A stretch of 64,000 nucleotides of DNA, from the NCBI GenBank assembly GCA_045863295.1, contig BTWA01000011.1:64001-128000 (forward strand). The letters run 5' to 3'. Shown piece by piece: positions 1 to 10,163 of the stretch. Made by a program: the position numbers and the translations under genes. The notes beneath the pieces were generated by a model. That model had not been told where the DNA came from, did not search any database, and saw nothing but the letters and a program-made list of their open reading frames with translations. How positions within the stretch are numbered: position 1 is the stretch's first letter; each line of letters begins with the position of its first letter. The DNA comes from Candidatus Hydrogenedentota bacterium (GTDB lineage Bacteria; Hydrogenedentota; Hydrogenedentia; Hydrogenedentales; SLHB01).

Positions 1-75
1 CAACTCGTGCTCAAGAGCCTTGATCTGGAGCGACACCGACGGCTGGCTGAGAAAGAGCTGTTCGGCCGCCTTTGA
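1..75 (+). CDS. 3' end of a CDS entering the window (QLVLKSLDLERHRRLAEKELFGRL*), product unknown
   Basis: Frame 1 is open from base 1 to TGA at 73-75 with protein-like composition. Confidence 0.4.
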   Translation, partial: QLVLKSLDLERHRRLAEKELFGRL

Positions 76-178
76 CATGCTCCCGGTCTTCGCCGCGAGA
101 CAAAAGCCGCGCAACTGCTGAATGCGATTGTGTCTATATCGAAGGTCCGGCGAAGCCATGGTATTAACTCCATTTCAT

Positions 179-330
179 CTCACGCAAAGACGCTAAGAGG
201 TGACTTGAGATGTGGGGGCAATTGTTGCATTGGTGCATATCCCTCCAATCCAAACTCCATAACGAGTCCACACGGGATGGAGCGTTGCAGAATCCAGACA
301 CCTCTTTGCGTCTTAGCGCCTTTGCGCGAG
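179..330. repeat. Inverted-repeat pair built from 9-nt CGC(A/T)AAGAC units (REP/MITE-like)
   Basis: CTCACGCAAAGACGCTAAGAGG (179-200) versus the reverse complement of 301-330, CTCGCGCAAAGGCGCTAAGACGCAAAGAGG. Confidence 0.6.
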
Positions 331-645
331 GCAAATACCATCATTAAAATAACCAATACTGTCCATTGAAACAATTGCTTTGACTTATAGGCTAACGACT
401 GGTAGGTTTTACCCATTCAGGGGAGGCCAGGCCCAATCGCCCCTCTCCCTCCTGGTAAAACATAGACCGCGCGTAAGCGCGCGGTTGGGCTCTTATGAAG
501 GCCCGGGGCGCCGGCTCGCGTTTACCCCCGCAAAACCGCCAAAAACGCGGATCGGCACATGCCTCGGGCTCTTTCCTTTTTCTGAAGCCGCTTTGATTTC
601 ACGCCGCCGCAGGAGTAAAACGGTCTGTAGATGGAGGGGACCGTC

Positions 646-1986
646 ATGAAACGCTGGCTACTTGGGGGATGCATGAGTCTTTGGATGATCGCGGCGGGCG
701 CGCAACCTTACGAACCCAACTGGGAATCGCTGGACAAACGGCCCACACCCGAATGGTTTCTCGATGCCAAGTTTGGCATCTTCATCCATTGGGGGGTCTA
801 CTCGGTGCCGTCTTGGGGACCCAAGGATCGCTACGCCGAATGGTATTGGCACGACATGCAGGATAAGAACGGCGAGACCTGGAAGTTCCACGAGAAAACG
901 TACGGCGCGAGCTTTCAGTACCAGGATTTTGTGCCGCTCTTCAACGCGGAATTATTCAACCCTGACGAGTGGGCGGACATCTTCAAGCGATCCGGCGCGA
1001 AATACATTGTGCTGACCTCCAAGCACCACGAAGGCTTTTGCCTGTGGCCAAGCGCGCAAAGCTGGAATTGGAACAGCGTGGATGTCGGGCCGCACCGGGA
1101 TCTCTGCGGCGATCTGATTGCCGCCGTTCACGAAAAAGGCCTGCGCATGGGCTACTACTATTCCATCTACGAATGGTACAACCCGCTTTACAAAAGCGAT
1201 GTCAATGCGTACGTGGACCAGCATATGCTTCCTCAATTGAAGGATCTTGTCCAACGCTACAAACCCGACATTGTCTGGCCCGACGGCGAGTGGGATCACC
1301 CGAGCGCCACGTGGAAGAGCGAAGAGTTTTTGGCCTGGCTCTACAACGAATCCGGCGCGCCGAAGGATGTGGTGGCCAATGATCGATGGGGCAAGGAAAC
1401 TCGCAATGTCCATGGCGGATTCGCCACGCCCGAATACGGACACATCGGCGAGGGCGGATTGATTACGGCGGAGAAGTGGGAAGAGTGCCAAGGCATGGGC
1501 CGCTCCTTTGGATATAACCGCAACGAAAATGCGGACAACTACCGCAGCGCCAAGGATCTTTTGAAACTCCTGATCGATACGGTGAGCCGGGGCGGAAATC
1601 TGCTCCTCGACATTGGCCCCACAGCCGACGGCCGCATTCCCGTCATCATGCAGCAACGCCTGTTGGATATGGGCGCGTGGCTTGCCGTCAACGGCGAGGC
1701 CATCTTCGGCTCACGCCGGTGGCGCGAGCCGAAGGAAAGCGACTCCGTTCACTACACCGCCAAAGACGGCGTGGTATACGTCATTTGCACGGAGTGGCCG
1801 GAAGACCGGTTGGAACTAACCGTACCGAAAGCGAAAGGCACGGTGACGGCTTCCCTGTTGGGCTACGATTCGCCCCTCACGGTAACGGCCGGCCCGACCG
1901 GACTCGCGATTGATATCCCCCCGCTGTCACCCGCGAAAGTGCCGTGCAACCATGCGTGGGTCATCAAATTGACGAACGTCGAATAA
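646..1986 (+). CDS. Alpha-L-fucosidase, GH29, secreted
   Basis: WFLDAKFGIFIHWG, TSKHHEGF, WPDG nucleophile region, NDRW, GGNLLLDIGP; signal peptide; GGAGG upstream of ATG 646. Confidence 0.93.
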   Translation: MKRWLLGGCMSLWMIAAGAQPYEPNWESLDKRPTPEWFLDAKFGIFIHWGVYSVPSWGPKDRYAEWYWHDMQDKNGETWKFHEKTYGASFQYQDFVPLFNAELFNPDEWADIFKRSGAKYIVLTSKHHEGFCLWPSAQSWNWNSVDVGPHRDLCGDLIAAVHEKGLRMGYYYSIYEWYNPLYKSDVNAYVDQHMLPQLKDLVQRYKPDIVWPDGEWDHPSATWKSEEFLAWLYNESGAPKDVVANDRWGKETRNVHGGFATPEYGHIGEGGLITAEKWEECQGMGRSFGYNRNENADNYRSAKDLLKLLIDTVSRGGNLLLDIGPTADGRIPVIMQQRLLDMGAWLAVNGEAIFGSRRWREPKESDSVHYTAKDGVVYVICTEWPEDRLELTVPKAKGTVTASLLGYDSPLTVTAGPTGLAIDIPPLSPAKVPCNHAWVIKLTNVE

Positions 1987-1992
1987 CGCCGG

Positions 1993-3264
1993 TTACAATT
2001 CGAGGTCGCGCACGATATAGCGCGCGAGGATGGCATGCGCTTCCGCCGCGGGGTGTTGGTCGTAGGGAATGAGAAACCCGGACTCGGCGGCCTCGGGTAG
2101 ATCCGTGTAATCCAGCACATCGACGCCCGCCGCCTTGAGGTAGGGAAGAATCCTCCGCCCGTCCGTCTCGTCGCGCGGGTGCCGCGGCCAAAGTATCGCG
2201 GTGAAGCGCGCACCGAACCGACCCACCGCGCGATCGCGTGACGCGATAATTAAGCGCGCGGCGTACTCGACCTGAGAATCCGGAATGAACGGCGGAAAAT
2301 CCATCGCGAAGTACTTGCCGATCTGTTCATGCTTAAGCGTGTCGAACAAGCGCACACGCCAGGGATGCACCTCCAGATACGCGCCTGTATTGACCAGTTC
2401 GCCTTTCGCATTGGATTCGTAGGCGGGAAAGTGACGCCCCCACCGAGTGGTGACTACCATCGATCCGGCTGCGCGCCGGATATGCGCGGGAATGTAAACG
2501 TACAACACGCGATCGATTGAAACTTCCAGTTCGCTTGCCAGTGTTTCCTTCTCCAATTGGGCCAGCATTTGTTGCGGACCATATCCGCCGTAGCCGTAGT
2601 TGTACACGGCGCACTCTCGCGCAAGGAGTGCGATCCGATTGGGAAGGGTTTCATCGTCGTTCACACCCGATCCCTGGACAAACGAACAGCCAAATACCAT
2701 CACACCGCGCGTCCGCGTTGGACCAGGCATTCCATCGGGCGTTGCACGTCGGCCATACCTGTCAAACGAGTAGGTCGCCTCTGAAAACGCCTCGCCATTT
2801 CGCGACATCGTAATCGTGCTTACGTGATTGGGATACGGCTTGTAGCCAAGCAACGGATCGTACCCGTGCAGGTCGCCATTGGAATACCGCAGCGTATACG
2901 GCGGTTGAACCCGCGCGTTCAACACGTAAAACGCGGCTTCCGCGCTTGCGAGCATCGCACAGGCCACCGACACGCCCAGTGCCGTGGCAAACGCATTGGG
3001 ATGCGCCCGAGCCAGCCGAACCGCCCCCCCAGCGAGAGAACATCGGCGCCGCAAAAGGAGCGCGCCCATGCCGAATCCCAACAGAACGGCGTCCGCGGCT
3101 AGTACGGCGATTCGCGTATCCCCATCCAACCGTCCGTCGGGCGATACGGTCCTCTCCAAGAGAAACGGATTCAAAACCAAGGCGCAACAAACCAGAATCA
3201 CGCCCGCGGCCGTTGTGGATATGCTTGTGCTGTTCCGCTCCGGTTTGTGATGGGATTCCGTCAT
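1993..3264 (-). CDS. Membrane-anchored SGNH/GDSL-like hydrolase
   Basis: Three N-terminal hydrophobic helices; FGCSF block I, NYGYGGYG block II, C-terminal DQHP; start uncertain (3264 or 3282). Confidence 0.7.
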   Translation of the reverse strand: MTESHHKPERNSTSISTTAAGVILVCCALVLNPFLLERTVSPDGRLDGDTRIAVLAADAVLLGFGMGALLLRRRCSLAGGAVRLARAHPNAFATALGVSVACAMLASAEAAFYVLNARVQPPYTLRYSNGDLHGYDPLLGYKPYPNHVSTITMSRNGEAFSEATYSFDRYGRRATPDGMPGPTRTRGVMVFGCSFVQGSGVNDDETLPNRIALLARECAVYNYGYGGYGPQQMLAQLEKETLASELEVSIDRVLYVYIPAHIRRAAGSMVVTTRWGRHFPAYESNAKGELVNTGAYLEVHPWRVRLFDTLKHEQIGKYFAMDFPPFIPDSQVEYAARLIIASRDRAVGRFGARFTAILWPRHPRDETDGRRILPYLKAAGVDVLDYTDLPEAAESGFLIPYDQHPAAEAHAILARYIVRDLEL

Positions 3265-3278
3265 CGCGGTCCGCGCGA

Positions 3279-3968
3279 TCAATCCGTTCGCGTTCGCGCG
3301 GCATCCAACGCGTCTTCAATCTCGCCGAACTTCACGCGATAATCTTCGCGCGCCCGTTGAATCACTTCGACGGCTTCCGCGCGTCCATAGATATGATCGA
3401 TCTCGCAGATGCGTTCGCGCGCGTCCGGCGCCTGCTTGTACGTGAGGAAATAGTGCCGCAACCGTTCAATGGTTGCGGGCTTGCAATCCTTGATGTCCAT
3501 GTTATCGCCGTGCGCGAGATCTTTGTACATCACCGCGATGATCTTGTCATCGGCCTCGTTGCCGTCGATCATGCGGAAACCGCCAATCGGCACTGCACGC
3601 AGCAGGATGTTGCTTTTACGTATGGACTTTTCGGACAGGATGCAGATATCCAGCGGGTCGCCGTCACCGCGTATACCCGTGCGCCCGGTGCGTTCCATGC
3701 ACAATTGCGCGGAGAGATCGCCGGAATAGGTCTGCGGGATCAGCCCATACAACGTCGGACACACGTTCGAATACAACTGGGGACGGTCCACGATGAGCAG
3801 ACCGGTCTCTTTGTCCAATTCGTATTTGACGGTGTCGGTCGGCGTCAATTCGATGTATACGGTCAACACATCCGGGGCATGGTCGCCGATGTGAACGCCG
3901 TGCCACGGATGGGCGCGCAGGAGCGACGCGGAGATACGAAGTTCGGAACTCTTGGATGAATCGGGCAT
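3279..3968 (-). CDS. ppa: Inorganic pyrophosphatase, family I
   Basis: HPWHG, KYELDK, YGLIPQT, GDGDPLD signature, DDKIIAV; GAGG RBS. Confidence 0.93.
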   Translation of the reverse strand: MPDSSKSSELRISASLLRAHPWHGVHIGDHAPDVLTVYIELTPTDTVKYELDKETGLLIVDRPQLYSNVCPTLYGLIPQTYSGDLSAQLCMERTGRTGIRGDGDPLDICILSEKSIRKSNILLRAVPIGGFRMIDGNEADDKIIAVMYKDLAHGDNMDIKDCKPATIERLRHYFLTYKQAPDARERICEIDHIYGRAEAVEVIQRAREDYRVKFGEIEDALDAARTRTD

Positions 3969-4151
3969 GAATACACCTCGCTTGTACTGCCTGAACGGGA
4001 TGCAACCAGGGCTGCGTGTCCGCCGCGAAACTGCCGCGACGGATTGACGGCCGTATGATAGCCCGAATGATTGACGATTAGAAATAGAAATGGGGCACGC
4101 CCTTGTTGCGTGCCCCAGACCGATAAAATCGAGCTTGAACCGTAACGCCCG

Positions 4152-5024
4152 CTATTGTGCGCCGCCCTGTTGGGGTGGGCCACCGCGGCCGCCGCCAAAA
4201 CCGCCGCCCCGGCCGCCCCAACCACCGGGACCGCCTCCGCCAAAGCCGCCGCGGCCAAATCCGCCCGCGCTGAGGTTGTAGTACTCGCTCTCCATGGTGG
4301 ACCGGAGATTGGACAGGATTTGTTGTTGCTGGCCTGGGTCGGTGATCCCGCTGCTGGCCAGCGAACTTCCCAGCATGTGATCTTGATATTCCCGGACTAG
4401 ATTGCGCGTTTGTTCCCAGGCGGCACGGCCCTGCTCACGGGCCGCCTCGCGCTCTTCGTCGGTCTCCAGGTTGCGCATGTTCTGCATCATTTCCATGTTT
4501 GCATTGACCTGTTGCTGGATATTCAGGATGTGCTGTTGGGCAACGGGATCCGTCGTCGCGGCGAGGGCCTCTTGAAAATAGTTGCTCACGCCTTCCTGCA
4601 TGCGCGCACGGAATTCTTCCCGACCCTGTTCGCGGCGTTCGTCGCGTTCTTCGCGCTCGTCGCGTTGCCGGCCGATTTCCAGAAGCGCGGCCTGTCCGGC
4701 GAGCATCTCTGCCAGACGGCCACCCTCGGTGCTGGGCGCGTCGGTCTGGTCCATGGCCGCCGACTCCGCCGGACCCTGCGGTTGCGGCGTGGCAAGCGCG
4801 GCTGCCTGGGTCTCCAGGATTTTGCGTTGCGCTTCCAATTGCGCCAGTTGTTTCTTGAGCTCGTCCGATTGGGCTTGCAGTGTTTTCTGGGCCTTTTGCG
4901 AGGCTTCCATCTGGGTTTCCAAGTCGGCGATGTACGCGTTGTACTTGGCGTATACCCCTACAGCACCCCCGCTTGCGCCCAATGCCAGGGCAACGATTGC
5001 CACGGCGATGATTCGGTTCGACAT
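4152..5024 (-). CDS. Hypothetical protein: N-terminal TM/signal, coiled coil, Gly/RGG-rich tail
   Basis: MSNRIIAVAIVALALG start, heptad-like Q/E/K helix, GGFGRGGFGGGGPGGWGGRGG tail. Confidence 0.75.
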   Translation of the reverse strand: MSNRIIAVAIVALALGASGGAVGVYAKYNAYIADLETQMEASQKAQKTLQAQSDELKKQLAQLEAQRKILETQAAALATPQPQGPAESAAMDQTDAPSTEGGRLAEMLAGQAALLEIGRQRDEREERDERREQGREEFRARMQEGVSNYFQEALAATTDPVAQQHILNIQQQVNANMEMMQNMRNLETDEEREAAREQGRAAWEQTRNLVREYQDHMLGSSLASSGITDPGQQQQILSNLRSTMESEYYNLSAGGFGRGGFGGGGPGGWGGRGGGFGGGRGGPPQQGGAQ

Positions 5025-5237
5025 GTTCGGACACTCCGGCAGATAGTGATTTTTTGTCCCGCGCATCCAAATGGTTGCAGGTTCGGACCAATCATTCAAC
5101 ACCAGACTCGGCGGTTCAGTTCCGGCTTAACGCGGCGAACTTCTGGTGAACCCTTGCCGGGCGCATGCCAGCGGACATGGCCTTTTGGTCAGTCTCGCGA
5201 TTACAATGAGCGGTCAAGGCAAGTGTCAGGCAAACCC

Positions 5238-6410
5238 ATGCGATCAATCTACTTAGATCATAGCTCGACCACGCCGGTGCGGCCCGAGGTCGTGGAGGCC
5301 ATGTTGCCATTCTGGACGGACCGGTTTGGCAATGCGGGATCGATACACGCATTCGGCCGATCGTGTCGCCGCGCCGTGGACGATGCCCGCGATCAGGTCG
5401 CGGCACTTATTGACGCGCATCCCAGGGACATTGTATTCACTTCCGGCGGCACCGAGTCGGATAATCTCGCGGTGCGGGGTATTCCGGGTGCGCGTCCGCC
5501 GGGCCGTCGCGGGATTCTGGTTTCGGCCGTAGAACATCATGCCGTATTACACGCGGCGGAGGCGGAGGCCAAACACGACGGCGGCGCAGTTCGCATCCTT
5601 CCAGTCAGCGCGGACGGCGTCGCCGACGTGGGCGCACTGGAAGCATTGGCGGACGACTCGCTGGCGTTGGTGTCGGTCATGCATGCGAACAACGAGACGG
5701 GTGTCATTCAACCCGTGGCGGCGGTTGCGGAATGGTGTTGTGCACGAGGCATTCCCTTTCACTGCGACGTGGTTCAGTCGATTGGCAAGATCCCTTTTAG
5801 TATTAAGGCACTGCCTGTTGCCATGCTTGCGATATCCGCGCACAAGCTGAACGGACCCAAGGGGGTTGGCGCGTGTTACATCCGCAAGGGGACGGAGTTC
5901 GTGCCGCAGATGAGCGGTGGATTTCAGGAACGCGAGCGGCGTGCGGGCACCGAGAACGTCGCGGGCATCGTCGGTTTTGGCAAGGCCTGCGAGATCGCGA
6001 AGCGGGACATGGACACTGTCGCCGCGCGGATGCGCCGTCTGCGGGACGCGTTGCAGTCGGGTATTCTGGAACGCATCCCGGAGTCGTTCGTGAACGGGGC
6101 GCAAGCGGAACGGCTGCCCCATCTGCTCAACATCCGGTTCGCGGGTGTCGAAGGCGAATCCGTCGTGCTTGCCCTGGATGTGGAAGGCGTAGCCGTGTCC
6201 AGCGGATCGACGTGTAGTTCGGGCGCGGTGGAGGCGTCGCATGTGCTGCTGGCGATGGGCCAGACTCATGCGGAGGCGCAAAGCGCCGTTCGCTTCAGTC
6301 TGGGCCACAGCACTACGGAGGCGGAAATTGACGAAGTGCTGGCTCTTCTGCCGGGCGTCATTGAGCGGATTCGCCGGGCGACGCCCCGTCCGACCTCAGC
6401 GCCGATTTAG
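5238..6410 (+). CDS. iscS: Cysteine desulfurase, group I (IscS/NifS type)
   Basis: IYLDHSSTTP, FTSGGTESDN, SAHKLNGPKG (PLP Lys), SSGSTCSS (catalytic Cys). Confidence 0.9.
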   Translation: MRSIYLDHSSTTPVRPEVVEAMLPFWTDRFGNAGSIHAFGRSCRRAVDDARDQVAALIDAHPRDIVFTSGGTESDNLAVRGIPGARPPGRRGILVSAVEHHAVLHAAEAEAKHDGGAVRILPVSADGVADVGALEALADDSLALVSVMHANNETGVIQPVAAVAEWCCARGIPFHCDVVQSIGKIPFSIKALPVAMLAISAHKLNGPKGVGACYIRKGTEFVPQMSGGFQERERRAGTENVAGIVGFGKACEIAKRDMDTVAARMRRLRDALQSGILERIPESFVNGAQAERLPHLLNIRFAGVEGESVVLALDVEGVAVSSGSTCSSGAVEASHVLLAMGQTHAEAQSAVRFSLGHSTTEAEIDEVLALLPGVIERIRRATPRPTSAPI

Positions 6411-6488
6411 CATTGGTTCCCTTGAAACGCATCGCGCGGCGAACCCGGGTTTCCGGATCCGCCGCGCGCATAAAATAATCGGTACGAA

Positions 6489-7874
6489 TTACAGGCTGAT
6501 TTCCCAGCCCTTGCGGTATTCCTTCGAGACAAACTGGTTTGCTTCGGGCACGTTGGTAATTTTCATGGCCTTGGCATCCCACTCGAATTTCTGGCCGGCT
6601 TCGCCGCAGCGCACGGCGAGATTGCCGAGCAACACGGTCTCCGAGAACGGGCCGGCGTAATCGAAATAGGATCCCGCCTGTTCCTGCTCGCCTTTGATCG
6701 CTGAAATCCAGTCGGTGTAGTGGCTGCCTTTCACGCGGGGCAGGAACGGCTCGGGGCGTTGATAGGCTTCGTTGACCGCATCGGGCAGGAGCCTCGAACC
6801 GTCGCCGTAGGTGCCGGTGGTCGCCATGCCTTTATCGCCGATGAACAGCGAGCCGTTGTTGCCTTCGCCAAGCTTGGTGTCGGCGGGCAGGCCTTCGGGC
6901 ATCGGCGGCATGAGACCGCCGTCGTACCAATACACGGCGACCGGATCCATCTTCTTGCCATCGGGCGCGACGCGTTCGGGAAAATCGAACTTCACGATGG
7001 ACTTGTTCGGCGCCATTTCGCTGGAACGGCCTTCCTGGGTCACCAACTCGAAGCTCGTGGGATAGCCCAACTGCAAGCTGTAGAAGGCAGGGTCCATGAT
7101 ATGGCAGGCCATGTCGCCGAGAGCGCCGCAACCGAAATCCCACCATCCGCGCCACACAAAGGGGCAATAGCACTTTTCGTTCGTGACGGGATGCTTGTCC
7201 ACATACGGACGTTCCGGCGCGGGTCCGAGCCAGAGGTCCCAATCCAACGTGTCGGGAATGGCATCGGTTTTGTCGGGGCGATCGAGACCTTGCGGCCAGA
7301 TGGGCCGGTTGGTCCAGCAGTGCACTTCGCGCACCTGGCCAATGGCTCCGCCCCAGATCATTTCGGTGAGTTGGCGCACGCCTTCGCCGGAACGGCCCTG
7401 GTTGCCCATCTGCGTTTTTACTTTGTACTTGCGGGCGGCCTCGGTGAGGAGGCGCGCTTCCCACACGGTGTGGGTGAGCGGTTTTTGCACGTAGACGTGA
7501 ATGCCGCGTTCCATGGCAGCCATGGCGGCGATCGCATGGAAATGATCGGGCGTCGAGATGGTTACCGCGTCAATGCTTTCCTTGTCGAGCATTTCGCGAA
7601 AGTCTTTGTACTGTTTGGCGTCGGGAAACTTGGCGAAGGTTTCCGCGGCGTTCGCCCAATCCACGTCGCACAACGCCACCACGTTTTCTTTCGAGCACCC
7701 GGCGATGTCGCTGCCGCCTTTGCCGCCGGAGCCGATGGCGGCAATGTTCAACTTGTCATTGGGACTGACTTTGCGCGGGCCGGCGGTCTTCTTGCCGCCT
7801 TTGGTGGCGCAGCCCGCCGCGAGCGTCGCGGCGCCCATGTAGATGAAGGTCCTGCGTGAGATGTACTTGCTCAT
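6489..7874 (-). CDS. Gfo/Idh/MocA oxidoreductase, probable Tat-exported lipoprotein
   Basis: SRRTF twin-arginine motif, LAAGC lipobox, TPDHFH, VQKP, GALGDMACH. Confidence 0.9.
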   Translation of the reverse strand: MSKYISRRTFIYMGAATLAAGCATKGGKKTAGPRKVSPNDKLNIAAIGSGGKGGSDIAGCSKENVVALCDVDWANAAETFAKFPDAKQYKDFREMLDKESIDAVTISTPDHFHAIAAMAAMERGIHVYVQKPLTHTVWEARLLTEAARKYKVKTQMGNQGRSGEGVRQLTEMIWGGAIGQVREVHCWTNRPIWPQGLDRPDKTDAIPDTLDWDLWLGPAPERPYVDKHPVTNEKCYCPFVWRGWWDFGCGALGDMACHIMDPAFYSLQLGYPTSFELVTQEGRSSEMAPNKSIVKFDFPERVAPDGKKMDPVAVYWYDGGLMPPMPEGLPADTKLGEGNNGSLFIGDKGMATTGTYGDGSRLLPDAVNEAYQRPEPFLPRVKGSHYTDWISAIKGEQEQAGSYFDYAGPFSETVLLGNLAVRCGEAGQKFEWDAKAMKITNVPEANQFVSKEYRKGWEISL

Positions 7875-8518
7875 GATGGCGTGATTCTCCCCGTTTCCTT
7901 TGGAAGTTGGTTCTCGAGGACCCCCCACAGGGACCAGGCGCCGAGCCCTGTTTTGCGCAATCCATGTAGAACTGCCGTATTGCGCCCCTGTCGAAGGTCC
8001 ACCGTCCAGACGCGAAAGTGAAAGGATAGGGAAAAAGGAAAACTCCTTCAAATTGAAATCCCGGGACGGCAGACGTTGCCTTGTACCTTTAAGCGCGGTG
8101 TGTTGCATTGGAGGGTGGGTGGATGCGTTGCGCGTTTCTTCTTGCCGGTTCAAGGGGGTTGGAGCGCATGGGCGCCGCACGATTCGGGGTCCTATGGTTG
8201 TTTGTACTGGGGTTGCCTGCCGGGGTGTGCCGGTACATTTTACAGGACCAAGTAATGCCCTTGGGGGCATTTCCCTTAGGAAATTGAAACAAGGGTATAT
8301 TCTTGTTTTTCTTGTTTTACTTGATCATTCCAGACAAGACAAATACTTCGAAGGGCTGCAAGGGTAAATCGAAAATCGGGTCGCGTGCGGGAAGGCATGG
8401 CCGCGGTGCGGCGTGTCATTCACCGTTTGCCATCGACAATTCGATGACCTCTCCTGTTTCCACCGTGGCGACGAAGTGGGACATCGTGCCTAATTGATCG
8501 GTTCTTCCCAAACGCTAT

Positions 8519-8986
8519 TCATGATTCTTTCCGGCGTTGCTGGCGCGTGCGGTACAGCCGCTCCTTGAAGCCGCCTTCCTTTTCAAACGCCGCCGCCAGT
8601 GCCTGAACTTGACGGACCAGTAGGGCGATGGCCGCACCAATCAGGACTAGTGCCGCATTGGCGGCAGGCCCCGCATACTTGGACGGCATGGACTTCATGG
8701 ACGGAATGCCGGCTTCCTCCAGTCCATGGTGTTCATCCGGTCGATTCAGTCCATGCTTCTTCGACGTGGCGCTCGCCACGCTTCCCTCGGCGATGTTCTG
8801 CACCCCTGACCGCGCCGCCTGCACCATCTGGTCGTGCATTCGGCCCCGCCAGTCGATGTAGCGGTCACAGAATCGGACTGCCACATCGTAGGCAAGTTGC
8901 GCCACCTGAAAACTCTTCAGGTTTCGGTAGCCGCCATGCTTTGGCAGCAGCGGCTCCCGCTCACGGCGTTCATCCGGTCCATTCAT
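8519..8986 (-). pseudogene. Four-helix-bundle protein (23S rRNA IVS-like, suffix-domain type), apparently internally deleted
   Basis: HGGYRNLKSFQ, DQMVQAARSGVQNIAEGS and EGGFKERL are present; the usual KLTNVARASLEEL..DYEDFLRQ segment is missing after ATSKK. Confidence 0.6.
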
Positions 8987-9108
8987 GGAACGATCTCGTG
9001 TTCAGCGCAGGCCATACTTTCTAATCGCATTCATTATGCCTCCTAGGCTTGGCGGCCCACGATGGTTTGGATACTACTGGCGGTTTGATGTTGGAATCCG
9101 GTTTGGGA

Positions 9109-9140
9109 AGGACATAGGGACATAAAGGACAGGAGGGACG
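9109..9140. repeat. Short degenerate tandem GGAC-anchored repeats (about 8-9 nt period)
   Basis: GGACATAG-GGACATAAA-GGACAGGAG-GGACGG upstream of the four-helix-bundle gene. Confidence 0.45.
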
Positions 9141-9263
9141 GAAAGTGCGTGGGCCTGCTGCGCACTTTGGCGTTGGTTTGGTTCCCTCAACTGTTCCGTT
9201 AGTTGAACGTCCTGGGGGCCAGCATTACCATACGCGACCGGTGTTTACACTAAAGGTGAATGC

Positions 9264-10163
9264 GTGCATATTCAGGACATAGTTTCGAAGCCGGGAACGA
9301 CGATGTCGTTCGAATTTTTTCCTCCGCGCACGGCCGCGGCGGCGGATGAGCTTTACAACACGATTGCGCAGTTGGAGCCGTTGGCGCCTTCGTTTGTTTC
9401 GGTGACGTATGGGGCGGGGGGCGCGACGCGGGAGTTGACGCGGGACGTGGTGTTGCGTTTGAAGTCGGAGTCGTCGCTGGATCCGATTCCGCATTTGACG
9501 TGCGTGTGTCATGGGGAACCGGAGATTCTGGAGATTCTGGCGACGTATGCCGCGCATGGGGTGTCGAACATTCTGGCGTTGGGGGGCGATCCGCCCCGGG
9601 ATATGCCGGGATATGAAAAGTCGCAGGACGCGTTTCAGCATGCGGCGGATTTGGTGCGCTTTATCCGGCGGTTTAACGAGAGCGGCGCGCATGCGGATCC
9701 GCGCGGGTTTGGGATCGGTGTCGCGGGGTTTCCGGAGGGTCATCCGGCTACGCCAAACCGGTTGTTGGAGATGGACTACCTGAAGGCAAAGGTGGACGCT
9801 GGGGCGGATTACATCTGCACGCAGTTGTTTTTTGACAACCGGGATTTTTATGACTTCCGGGAGCGGTGCGAGATTGCGGGAATTCGTGTGCCTATTATCG
9901 CGGGTATCATGCCGGTAACGACGGAGAAGGGCATGCGGCGGATGGCGGAATTGGCGGCTGGGGCGCGATTTCCGGCGGGGCTGTTGCGGGCGGTGGCCCG
10001 GTGCAAAGGGGAATCGGACGCTGTGCGTCGCGTGGGCGTGCACTGGGCGACGGAACAGTGCCGGGATTTGCTGGACCACTCGGTGGCGGGGATACACTTC
10101 TATACGTTGAACCGATCGGACGCGACGCGAGAGATTTATCTGAATCTGGGATTGGGGCATTGA
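9264..10163 (+). CDS. metF: 5,10-methylenetetrahydrofolate reductase
   Basis: SFEFFPPR, SVTYGAGG, PHLTC, ALGGDPP, TQLFFD, HFYTLN; GTG start. Confidence 0.95.
   Translation: MHIQDIVSKPGTTMSFEFFPPRTAAAADELYNTIAQLEPLAPSFVSVTYGAGGATRELTRDVVLRLKSESSLDPIPHLTCVCHGEPEILEILATYAAHGVSNILALGGDPPRDMPGYEKSQDAFQHAADLVRFIRRFNESGAHADPRGFGIGVAGFPEGHPATPNRLLEMDYLKAKVDAGADYICTQLFFDNRDFYDFRERCEIAGIRVPIIAGIMPVTTEKGMRRMAELAAGARFPAGLLRAVARCKGESDAVRRVGVHWATEQCRDLLDHSVAGIHFYTLNRSDATREIYLNLGLGH

Noticed and set aside
4410..5237. Apparent long N-terminal extensions on IscS, the Gfo protein, EF-G, the YdjM-like hydrolase and the membrane protein
   Set aside because: They overlap other genes or leaders; family N-termini, RBSs and stop/start overlaps support the downstream starts
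8519..8986. Diversity-generating retroelement (Avd-like gene)
   Set aside because: No reverse transcriptase and no TR/VR pair in the window
9040..9263. SAM/SAH riboswitch upstream of metF
   Set aside because: Only a simple hairpin (AAAGTGCG/CGCACTTT) is seen, with no recognisable aptamer consensus; an Rfam scan would settle it
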